This document shows, one piece after another, positions 25,518-33,931 of a DNA stretch of 64,000 bases. A program made the translations under genes and the position numbers. The number at the start of each line of letters is the position of its first letter. Within the stretch, counting starts at the first letter, position 1. The notes below the pieces were generated by a model. The model did no database searches. It was not told the DNA's origin and worked only from the letters and a program-made list of their open reading frames with translations. This stretch comes from an uncultured Prevotella sp. (GTDB lineage: Bacteria; Bacteroidota; Bacteroidia; Bacteroidales; Bacteroidaceae), in NCBI GenBank assembly GCA_905234265.1, contig CAJOHJ010000011.1, positions 12,635 to 76,634 on the forward strand, in the 5' to 3' direction.

Positions 25518-27083
25518 TCATTTTACAATGACTTCCATCGACGTATTAAGCTTGCGCGATATGCCGTCGGGGCCTATGGCGTTGACTCGTGTGATGTAGA
25601 ATCGCTTGTTGCGTGCCAGCTTGCGGAAGGTGTCTTTCTGGCGTGCAGAGAAGCTTGCGCCGTCGCTCACCATTGGCACGGCATTACCCATGTTGTCGAA
25701 GAAGACTGTCTCGAACGATTGCACCTTGAAGGCAATGTCCAGAATGCCGTCGTCGATGGCGGCACCGATGCCGTCGACGCCCATCAGCTGAGCCTTCGAC
25801 AGGCCGCCGCCTTTGTAGCGCACGGGGCTGTCCTGCTCATCCTTCATGGCTATGTAGGGAGTGGGGTCGGGGAGACGGCGCACGCGGAACGTGAACTGCC
25901 CCATCTGCTGAGCGCGGCCGGTATTGGTGCTGGTAACGGTGATGGTGACGTTCTGGCCTACAGCCGTCGGACGTGCAATATAGCGGCCGGGGCCGGTGGG
26001 CTGCAGGGTGCCGCCGCTCATGGTGGCCTGCACCTTGTTGACTGGCACGCCAGGCACCGAGACGCTCAGAGGGTTCGAGTAGCCTGCGTAAAGCACGTTC
26101 ATAAGGTCGGCACTGACCGTTGCCGAAGGGTCGACGACGGTATATTTCTGTTCGAAGGTGCGCTTCAGCATGTCGCCGTTGCCGTTCTCTACCTGTATGT
26201 AGCCCGAAAGCGTGAAGTCGCCGGTGCGGCTTGTGACGGTCTCGTAAAGGCCGTCGGGCAAGTTCATCTCGCGGCCGCCGATGAATATCTGCGGCTGCTG
26301 AGTGGTGTCGACGGCAGCCATGACTATGCGTGCCGAGAACTTGTCGCCGCGGACTATCGTCTGAGAGTTAGGAATGACGAAGGCATTGAGGGCATTAACG
26401 CGAATGTCCTTGACGTCGATGTTGCTTACCAGCGTGTGCAGCACTTCACCCTCTGCGTAGCGGACGTCGCTCTGTATCTTCGACAGCAGAGTGACGGCGG
26501 CGGCAGCAGGCATCGACTCGAACATGTATTCTTGCCAGTTCTTGCCCAGCGTGGTGGCGTTGGTAGGAATGTCGGTGGTCAGATTGGATGCAAGTGCCTT
26601 TTTCTGGTGTTCATCGCTGACCATGCCAAGCATCTGCACGCGGTAGTTATTGATGGCGTCGTAGAGTTCCTGGCCGCGGCCCTTGCTCGGCGACAGCATC
26701 ACCTGCGTAGCGGCTTCCAAGTCCTCCTTGTTGCGGAGGTTCTGCACGTCGGCGTCGCTGCCGTCGGCTTCCTGGGCAATGGCGGTCTTCAGCTCGTCGA
26801 TGAGGTTGTAGAGATTGTCGCTGAGCATCTTCACCTTCTGCGACTTGTCGAACCACTGCTTCACCTTCTGCGGGTTCTTCTTCATCTGCTCGGCAAAGTC
26901 GTCATACAGGGCCTGGTTCTCACGGGAGGCATTGGCTGTGGTGCGCTTAAGGCTCTCCTCGACAATGGAGAAGCCGTTGAGCACTTCTGTCGAGACGTTC
27001 AGCGCCAGCATGGCCATCAGCACGACGTACATCAGGTTGATCATCTTCTGACGCGGCGAAACAGGTCTTTTCTTTATAGCCAT
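25518..27083 (-). CDS. gldM: T9SS motor/stator-associated protein GldM/PorM
   Basis: N-terminus SPRQKMINLMYVVLMAMLALNVS is the hallmark GldM transmembrane helix; 521 aa. Confidence 0.9.
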   Translation of the reverse strand: MAIKKRPVSPRQKMINLMYVVLMAMLALNVSTEVLNGFSIVEESLKRTTANASRENQALYDDFAEQMKKNPQKVKQWFDKSQKVKMLSDNLYNLIDELKTAIAQEADGSDADVQNLRNKEDLEAATQVMLSPSKGRGQELYDAINNYRVQMLGMVSDEHQKKALASNLTTDIPTNATTLGKNWQEYMFESMPAAAAVTLLSKIQSDVRYAEGEVLHTLVSNIDVKDIRVNALNAFVIPNSQTIVRGDKFSARIVMAAVDTTQQPQIFIGGREMNLPDGLYETVTSRTGDFTLSGYIQVENGNGDMLKRTFEQKYTVVDPSATVSADLMNVLYAGYSNPLSVSVPGVPVNKVQATMSGGTLQPTGPGRYIARPTAVGQNVTITVTSTNTGRAQQMGQFTFRVRRLPDPTPYIAMKDEQDSPVRYKGGGLSKAQLMGVDGIGAAIDDGILDIAFKVQSFETVFFDNMGNAVPMVSDGASFSARQKDTFRKLARNKRFYITRVNAIGPDGISRKLNTSMEVIVK

Positions 27084-27163
27084 CTTGTCTGTTTACAATT
27101 TGACGATTTTCTGTTTGACGATTATCAGTTTGGCGTGTTGCAATAACCAGCTGACTGTCATGA

Positions 27164-28018
27164 TTACTGATTTGACGGTGCTACGGGCATGCGCACCTGC
27201 ATGGCTTCAATCATGCGGGCATATATCTTGTTAAGCTCCTGTATCTGCTCGGCCATGTGTTTTGTCTGCTCGTTGATTTCGTCGATGGTGCTGATTTGCG
27301 ACGATGCGCTCTTAAGCTGCATTTCGTAGACGCGGCTGATGCCGGTCAGCGTGCGGTTGAGGTTCTCCATTTCCTCGGAGTCGCGTGTGAGCCTCTTGCT
27401 CTGCTCCGACACCTCGGCAAGCATTTCTGTCAGTCGGTTCAGCTCCTCGATGTAGTTGCTGGTAGCTTCCTTCAGCTCCTCGCCCATGGGCTGTGCTTCT
27501 GGCTGGACGGCACCGGCTATGACACCTCCGCCACCTGCTATGACGCTTCCGCCGCCGAAGCTGATGGGGCTGCCCTCCCAGCGTGCGGCCTCTTCGCCAT
27601 TGCCGACGACTCCGCCAATAGTGGCTTCGCCGCCGCTGCCGCCGTTGATGATTACAGTGCCACCGCTGGCGCCTCCAGGCTGTGCCACTACGACACCTGC
27701 CGGTGCTCCGTCTGTTCCTGCCGTTGCCACAGCCGGCTGTGCGTTGTCGTCAGCGATGTGGATGTCGAGGTCCATGCCGTCGGTAGTCTTGTCGAAGGGC
27801 CGGTCGAATGCTGATATGAAGAACACAAACACCTCAGTACCCATGCCGAGGAACAGGAAGAAGTTTGCCCCCGGCAGGTGCGTCAGCTTGAACAGCGTGC
27901 CGAGAATGACGATAGACGCACCCCATGAATAAGCGTAGTTAAGGAACGTCTGTCCTGCGACACTGTCCATCCACTTTTGCAAGCGGTAAATAACGTTCAG
28001 TTTGCTGTATGTTGTCAT
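27164..28018 (-). CDS. gldL: T9SS motor protein GldL/PorL
   Basis: Two N-terminal transmembrane helices (WGASIVILGTLFKLTHLPGANFFLFLGMGTEVFVFFISAF), then a cytoplasmic coiled-coil region. Confidence 0.9.
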   Translation of the reverse strand: MTTYSKLNVIYRLQKWMDSVAGQTFLNYAYSWGASIVILGTLFKLTHLPGANFFLFLGMGTEVFVFFISAFDRPFDKTTDGMDLDIHIADDNAQPAVATAGTDGAPAGVVVAQPGGASGGTVIINGGSGGEATIGGVVGNGEEAARWEGSPISFGGGSVIAGGGGVIAGAVQPEAQPMGEELKEATSNYIEELNRLTEMLAEVSEQSKRLTRDSEEMENLNRTLTGISRVYEMQLKSASSQISTIDEINEQTKHMAEQIQELNKIYARMIEAMQVRMPVAPSNQ

Positions 28019-28069
28019 GCTGATTTACAATTTGGCAGTTTACAAATTGACAATTCAAAAAACTGTGAA

Positions 28070-29590
28070 CTATTTTTTCTTTCCCTTCTTCACCTTCACC
28101 TTGTCGCTGGTGGTGTTTGCCACCGAGCGTACGCAGCGGAAGCCGATGTATGAGCGCGGCTGGTTCTGGTATTCGAAGGTGCGCCACGCAGAGCGTATGT
28201 AGTTTTCCGGGTCTTTCCAGGAGCCTCCGCGCACGCTCTTCTTCTTCAGGCGGTAAGGGTCTTCCAGGGCTGCGTTGTAGCCGAGCTGCGGGTTGAGGTC
28301 GTTCATCGACTCTACGCCAGCCTCGGTGTAGACTGTCGACGTCCATTCGGCCACGTTGCCGGCCATGTCGTAGAGTCCGTTGCTGTTGGCCTGGTAGATG
28401 CCTGTGCGGCTGGTTATGAGGTTGCCGTCCTTGGTGTAGTTGCCCTCGGCAGGCTTGAAGTTGGCGTAGAAGCATCCGGCCTCGCTCGACGTGTCGCCGT
28501 TGTCCCATGGGAATTCGTTCTGGTCGCGTCCGCGTGCTGCATATTCCCACTCGGCCTCTGTCGGCAGGCGGTAGCGCTGCACGTAGCGTGCTGCCGAGCC
28601 GAGGCCTCGCAGCAAGTATTCCGTGCGCCAGAAGCAGAAGGCATTGGCCTGCTCCCAGGTGACGCCGACTACGGGATAGTCGTTGTAGGCTGCGCTGCTG
28701 AAGTAGTAGCGCATGTAAGTCTCGTTGTTGGCGTTGGGGAAGTCGTTGATCCAGCACGTGGTGTCTGGGTACACATTAATAATATATGTGTTCAGGAAGT
28801 CGTACGGGCCGGTATACTGGCGGTTGATGGTCTCGCGCTTGATGTTGCCCTCGTCGTCGATGTAGGCCGTGTCCTTGGAAATCCATATTTCCTCATTGGG
28901 ATTGGGGCGCACGTCGGTGTTCAGTATTCTTTCTGCCGGATTCGTGCGGTATCTGCGCTTGGCAGCCTCTACGTAGTCATAGACCTCGTAGCGGTAGTTC
29001 ATCTGCCGCCAGTCTAACATGCGGTCGCCTGTGACGGGGTTGGTCACGTAGACGCTCTCGATGGCGCGCTGCTCATCCTCGTTGGGCTTGCGCGGGATGG
29101 GCTTCTTCCAGTTGAGCCGTGGGGTGATGGGGTCGCCGTTCTTGTCTTCCTCAATCTTGTACGACTCGTCGCCGCCGTAGGCCGGGTCGGCCAGACGCTC
29201 GCGGACAATGCTGTCGCGAACGTAGTTGACGAACTGGCGGTACATGGAGTTGGTGACTTCGCGCTCGTCCATCCAGAATCCCTCAACGCTGATGTCGCGC
29301 ACCGGAGTCTGACGGCCCCAGAGTGTGTCGCGCTGGTCGACGCCCATGCGCAGGTGTCCGCGCTTGATGAGCGTCATGCCGTATGGCGCAGGCTCGGCAA
29401 TGGCCCTGCCGCTGACTCCCGTCACCTCGCCTCCCGACGACGAAACTACCTTGCCGCCGAAGCAGGAGGCCAACAGTAAGATGAGAAATGCAGAAAACGA
29501 GAAGACGAGAAGTGCCTTTCGCAGTTCTCTCACCTCAGTTCTCTTTCCCATTCTTATTTCAGTCTTTGTCTTCATATCTTGATTTCTCAT
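28070..29590 (-). CDS. gldK: T9SS lipoprotein GldK/PorK (FGE-sulfatase fold)
   Basis: Lipobox LLASC, and the FGE-like motifs VTWEQANAFC, YRLPTEAEWEYAARG and RGGSW. Confidence 0.9.
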   Translation of the reverse strand: MRNQDMKTKTEIRMGKRTEVRELRKALLVFSFSAFLILLLASCFGGKVVSSSGGEVTGVSGRAIAEPAPYGMTLIKRGHLRMGVDQRDTLWGRQTPVRDISVEGFWMDEREVTNSMYRQFVNYVRDSIVRERLADPAYGGDESYKIEEDKNGDPITPRLNWKKPIPRKPNEDEQRAIESVYVTNPVTGDRMLDWRQMNYRYEVYDYVEAAKRRYRTNPAERILNTDVRPNPNEEIWISKDTAYIDDEGNIKRETINRQYTGPYDFLNTYIINVYPDTTCWINDFPNANNETYMRYYFSSAAYNDYPVVGVTWEQANAFCFWRTEYLLRGLGSAARYVQRYRLPTEAEWEYAARGRDQNEFPWDNGDTSSEAGCFYANFKPAEGNYTKDGNLITSRTGIYQANSNGLYDMAGNVAEWTSTVYTEAGVESMNDLNPQLGYNAALEDPYRLKKKSVRGGSWKDPENYIRSAWRTFEYQNQPRSYIGFRCVRSVANTTSDKVKVKKGKKK

Positions 29591-29632
29591 TATCTCAATC
29601 TCTCATTATCTCATTTTCTCAATCTCTCAATC
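29591..29632 (-). repeat. C-free (sense strand) purine-rich repeat spacer between porP and gldK
   Basis: The 42-nt plus strand contains no G (TATCTCAATCTCTCATTATCTCATTTTCTCAATCTCTCAATC) and shows 8/16-bp periodicity. Confidence 0.9.
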
Positions 29633-30571
29633 TCAAAGTATCCTCACGCTCTGGTGCCTGTTGCGTCCTTTCTTGGCAAAGTTGATTTCCGTCTGGTATC
29701 CCACGAACAGCTCGTGGCTGCCGTTGCCGAAGCTCAGTGCCGACGTGTAGTACTCGTAGCTGTAGCCCAGCATTACTCCGTGGAACAGTCCGCCCAGATA
29801 TGCCGTCAGCGAGTTCGTGGGGCTATATCCCACACCTACGTACATCACCTTGTTGTCGTGAGTGTATTTCAGTCGTCCCGTGATGTCGGCTCGCCATACT
29901 GTACCGTCGTAGCGTCCGAACACTGAGGGGTGTATTGTTAAAAACGGATTTCTCAGCTTTATATTGTATCCGCCGGTAAAATAATAAACGCGGCTGATGT
30001 CGAGGATAGAGCGGTCGCCAAGTTCTATTTCGGGGGCAGTGAGGTGGAGAGCCGAGAGAGCTGCATACCAGTTGCCGTGAGTGTAGTAGAGGCCTGCCGA
30101 CACGTCGGCTGCGGTGCCGTTTTCGTCGCTTTTGGTGAAGGCTGGGTCCTCGCCCTTCTCCAGATCCAGCGAGCTGCCCTTGAACTTCTCGCTCATCAGT
30201 CCGCCCTGTATGCCTATGCTCAGCGTGCCTCCGAAGAGCTTCTGCTTGTAGGCGTATTGCAGCGAGAACCGCTGGTGCGACAGCAGGCCTATCTCGTCGT
30301 TCAGCAGCTGGAGTCCGATGCCGTGCCTGGCGTTGAGGAACTGCAGCGGCATGTCGCCGGCAACGTACATGGTGCGCGGATTGTTCTCGAAGCCCACCAT
30401 CGTCATGTTGTAGGCTCCTGCTACGTTTATCTTCTGCTCCTTGCCTGCCGCTGCAGGGTTGAACGACGGCTCCATGGCCCAGTAGTGGCTGAACGACGGC
30501 TCCTGCTGGGCGAAGGCCGTCGCGACAGACAGCCACACATTAATTAATATATATAATAGGCGCTTGCTCAA
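29633..30571 (-). CDS. porP: PorP/SprF family T9SS outer-membrane protein
   Basis: QQEPSFSHYWAMEPSFNPAAAG...NVAGAYN is the PorP/SprF N-terminal signature. It is the first gene of the por operon. Confidence 0.85.
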   Translation of the reverse strand: MSKRLLYILINVWLSVATAFAQQEPSFSHYWAMEPSFNPAAAGKEQKINVAGAYNMTMVGFENNPRTMYVAGDMPLQFLNARHGIGLQLLNDEIGLLSHQRFSLQYAYKQKLFGGTLSIGIQGGLMSEKFKGSSLDLEKGEDPAFTKSDENGTAADVSAGLYYTHGNWYAALSALHLTAPEIELGDRSILDISRVYYFTGGYNIKLRNPFLTIHPSVFGRYDGTVWRADITGRLKYTHDNKVMYVGVGYSPTNSLTAYLGGLFHGVMLGYSYEYYTSALSFGNGSHELFVGYQTEINFAKKGRNRHQSVRIL

Positions 30572-30665
30572 TTTCGGTGTAGTGTGATATTGTTGACGTC
30601 CAAGAATATTAACGCTTCCGTCGCCGTTTTATTGTAAAAAGCCGCCCTGTCTGGCCAGAAAAATA

Positions 30666-30801
30666 TTCTGTGTGTGAGTTACGGAATTATCTTACGGAGA
30701 TAATTCCGTAACATGCAGAGATAATTTTTTATCTTACGGAGATAATTTCGTAAGTCATTGAGATGATTTCATAACACGCAGAGATATGGTTTTATTTGAA
30801 A
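30666..30801. repeat. 21-bp-phased repeat array, copy D (orientation flips; MITE-like inverted ends)
   Basis: Complement-type unit at 30671-30691, then forward units at 30697, 30718, 30739, 30760 and 30781. There is a perfect 15-bp-stem hairpin at 30678-30712. Confidence 0.9.
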
Positions 30802-30874
30802 AAATGTTGAAAAAAATAAATAGTGTGAAAACAATTTTTTTCTTAAAATTGCTTGTTACTTAAAAATTTTTGGT

Positions 30875-30882
30875 TATTTTTG
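30875..30882 (+). promoter_or_regulatory. -7 box TATTTTTG for the fasciclin/SusCD locus
   Basis: TAnnTTTG match in an AT-rich stretch 73 nt upstream of the ATG at 30955. Confidence 0.45.
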
Positions 30883-30954
30883 CACATTGGAATACGAAAA
30901 ACCTAAACAGAGCTGAGGCTTGAAACAATCCAAACTACTAATAAATAGCTATTT

Positions 30955-33897
30955 ATGAAAAAATTCATTTTCTGTATCTCTCTTGTCCTGACAGGAGTGA
31001 TGACCTCTTGCGTCGATAAGTACGAAGAGGTGGATGCAGACTCTAAGCCTTCGTGGCTTGGCGAAAGCATTTATGCGGAATTGAAGAACGCCAACCAGAG
31101 CCGGTTGACGGGAACATTCACGAATTACGTGAGGCTGATTGACGACTTGGGCTACGCCGAGACGCTGAGCCGCACAGGTTCGAAGACTATTTTCCCGGCA
31201 AACGACGAGGCGTTTGCGCGCTTCTTTGCCAACAACGACTGGGGAGTGAGCAGCTACGAGCAGCTCTCGGAGTCGCAGAAGAAACTGCTGCTCTACTCGT
31301 CGATGCTCGACAATGCCCTGCTGCTGGGCATGCTGCCAAACGTGAGCAACGGCACCTCGGAGCCTATGAAGAATGCTGCCGTGAAGCACCAGACGAACGT
31401 CAGCGTCATCGACTCCGTGCAGTTCGTGCCACAGGGCGACCCTGACGAGTTCATGCCTAAGGGCAACACCTATTGGGACAAGTACCGCAACCGCCAAGGC
31501 GGCATGTACCTCGTCAGCGACAATACACGCCCGATGCTCGTCCACCTCACCCGCGAATACATGCTGGGCAAGGACATCTCCGTGCGTGGCGACGAGAGCG
31601 ACTTCTCCATCCTCACCGGCTCTCCCTATGCCGACGGCAATGCATACGTCTTCAACGTGGGCATACAGAAGAATGCCGAGACTGGCCGCTACAACAGCGA
31701 CATCACCTGCCAGAACGGCTACATACACCAGATGGAGGACGTCATCGTACCTCCGGGCAACCTGGCGCAGGTTCTCCGCAAGCATGAAAAGACAAAGTAC
31801 TTCAGCCGCATCATGGACCACTACGCAATGCCGTACTATGATGCCAACACTACCCGAAACTACAACGACTGGGCCGTTGCCAACAACAAGCCAAGGATAG
31901 ACTCCATTTTCCAGATACGCTATCCGAGCTTTATTTCGCAGGGAGGCAACACGTTGAAGACCCTGCCTGACGGCACCAGCATCAACGACATAGCAAACTG
32001 GCCTAATTTTGACATCGGCTGGAACCAGTACTATCCAGGCACCACGGGAACCATCGATGCTACCATTCAGGATATGGGTGCATTCTTCGTTCCCAACGAT
32101 CAGGTGGTTGAGGACTATTTCCTGCCGGGTGGCGGCGGCGCAGCATATGTCGACATCTACGGCAGCCTGCGCACTGGCAGCGTCATCAACGACCAGGCCC
32201 ACCTTATGGAAAACCTTGACTCTATCCACAAGAAGGAGCCGGGCATTCTTGCCAAGTTCGTCAACAACCTGCTGCAGTCGAACTTCTCTGCTTCAGTGCC
32301 GTCAAAGTTCCCCAACATGACTAACGACACTGGTGAGGCTCTCGGACTGACAACAGGCATCATCAACCGAAAGGACGACGGCAAGTACGACATCACCATT
32401 GCCAATAACGGCGTGTTGTACGTCATCAACGAGATGATTGTGCCTGACGAGTTCAACTCCGTCATTGGCCCGGTGGCTACGTATCCTCAGATGAGTGCCG
32501 TGAAATGGCTGACGAAAGACTGGAAGGGCAACGACCCTCTGAATATGGACTTCCACTTCTTGCTGATGGCCATGAGTGCAAACTATGCATTCTTCATCCC
32601 CGACAATCAGGCATTCGACTATTACTACCTTGACCCGGCATCGCTTGGCCACGTGGATACTTATGGCGAACCGGCCCCAGAAGTGCTTCACTTCTATATC
32701 GACACTCTTGCAACGACGGCAGAGAAGCCTCTGAAGTGCATGCGCTACAAGTATGACTTCAAGACAGGAGTCCTGGACGAAGCGTCAAGGACGGAAGCTT
32801 CCATCGGAACAGTGACGTCGCAGCTGACAGACATTCTGAACTATCACACCGTGGTGCTGTCCGAGGGACAGACTATCGGCACCCGTCACTATTACAAGAC
32901 CAAGCATGGAGGCACCATATATGTCAGCGGCAGCAATGCCACAGGCACGAAGGTGGAAGGTGGCCTGCAGAAAGACCTGGTATTCTACAACAGCTCGGCT
33001 AACCAAGACGAGGGAGAGGCTATAGGACTCGATGCGGACTTCTTCGCATCTCCTGTCATCACTAACCTCTGGGAAGAGAAGAACGGCTATGCTTACCAGA
33101 TAGACCACGTTATTCAGGGACCGACGGAAAGCGTCTATGGCGTACTGAAGGGCGCAAAGGACGAAAACGGCAATCAGCTGTTCAGCGAGTTCCTTGAACT
33201 CTGCAATGGTTTCGAGAGTGCTTCCGATCAGATGGCGTGGGCCGGCATTTCGTCAAATGTCAACGAAGCCACCGGCACTTCACCACAGGATGCTTTCAAA
33301 GTGTTCACAAAAACATATAAGGTTGGCGCTACCCCAATCGACAACGCTTGTCTTGACTATAATGTGAAGATGTTCAACACTTACAACTACACGCTCTTTG
33401 CTCCCGACAACGCAGCCATGGCTATTGCCTACTCCAAGGGCCTGCCGCAATGGGAGGAAATCGACGCTATCTTCAATCAGTATAAAAACCTTGACCCTGA
33501 CCGTGAGGTTTCGCCTCAGGAGGCAGCCGACAAGGAGAAAGTCGTTGACATGCTCCGTGTGATGCGCAGCTTCATACGCTATCATTTCATGACTAATTCT
33601 GTGTATGCCGACGAGACTGTCGAGGACGGCATCTACAAGTCGATGAGTTCCAATGACGAGGGACTGGCTCTTACGCTCAGGATTTCGGGCGGTGGCAACC
33701 AGCTTAACGTTACCGACGTTGAAGGCACTACGGTGACCATCAATGCCAACGGCAGCAAAATTGCCAACAAGATGACTCGCGACTTCTGGTTCGACCAGAA
33801 CAAGGAGACTGCCAGGAGCATCACTACATCTTCGTTCTGTGCTGTCCATCAGATTTCCGTTCCTCTGATGTATAAAAGCGGAAATTTGGGATACTAA
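30955..33897 (+). CDS. Multi-fasciclin (FAS1)-like surface lipoprotein, 980 aa
   Basis: Lipobox VMTSC followed by acidic VDKYEE. Repeated FAS1-type motifs: TIFPANDEAF, NGYIHQMEDVIVP, AFFVPNDQVV, NGVLYVINEMIVP, YAFFIPDNQAF and YTLFAPDNAAM. Confidence 0.7.
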   Translation: MKKFIFCISLVLTGVMTSCVDKYEEVDADSKPSWLGESIYAELKNANQSRLTGTFTNYVRLIDDLGYAETLSRTGSKTIFPANDEAFARFFANNDWGVSSYEQLSESQKKLLLYSSMLDNALLLGMLPNVSNGTSEPMKNAAVKHQTNVSVIDSVQFVPQGDPDEFMPKGNTYWDKYRNRQGGMYLVSDNTRPMLVHLTREYMLGKDISVRGDESDFSILTGSPYADGNAYVFNVGIQKNAETGRYNSDITCQNGYIHQMEDVIVPPGNLAQVLRKHEKTKYFSRIMDHYAMPYYDANTTRNYNDWAVANNKPRIDSIFQIRYPSFISQGGNTLKTLPDGTSINDIANWPNFDIGWNQYYPGTTGTIDATIQDMGAFFVPNDQVVEDYFLPGGGGAAYVDIYGSLRTGSVINDQAHLMENLDSIHKKEPGILAKFVNNLLQSNFSASVPSKFPNMTNDTGEALGLTTGIINRKDDGKYDITIANNGVLYVINEMIVPDEFNSVIGPVATYPQMSAVKWLTKDWKGNDPLNMDFHFLLMAMSANYAFFIPDNQAFDYYYLDPASLGHVDTYGEPAPEVLHFYIDTLATTAEKPLKCMRYKYDFKTGVLDEASRTEASIGTVTSQLTDILNYHTVVLSEGQTIGTRHYYKTKHGGTIYVSGSNATGTKVEGGLQKDLVFYNSSANQDEGEAIGLDADFFASPVITNLWEEKNGYAYQIDHVIQGPTESVYGVLKGAKDENGNQLFSEFLELCNGFESASDQMAWAGISSNVNEATGTSPQDAFKVFTKTYKVGATPIDNACLDYNVKMFNTYNYTLFAPDNAAMAIAYSKGLPQWEEIDAIFNQYKNLDPDREVSPQEAADKEKVVDMLRVMRSFIRYHFMTNSVYADETVEDGIYKSMSSNDEGLALTLRISGGGNQLNVTDVEGTTVTINANGSKIANKMTRDFWFDQNKETARSITTSSFCAVHQISVPLMYKSGNLGY

Positions 33898-33931
33898 CAA
33901 TAACTAAGAACCTAAAAGACAACCAATAGAT

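Noticed and set aside
25500-27146. 548-aa plus-strand ORF
   Set aside because: It is antisense to gldM, whose N-terminal signature is unmistakable, so it is a shadow ORF.
30949-32229. 426-aa minus-strand ORF, plus similar ones at 36011-36889, 43286-44311, 45095-46024 and 46540-47556
   Set aside because: All are antisense to well-supported FAS1, SusC and SusD genes, and none has a signal peptide or motif of its own.
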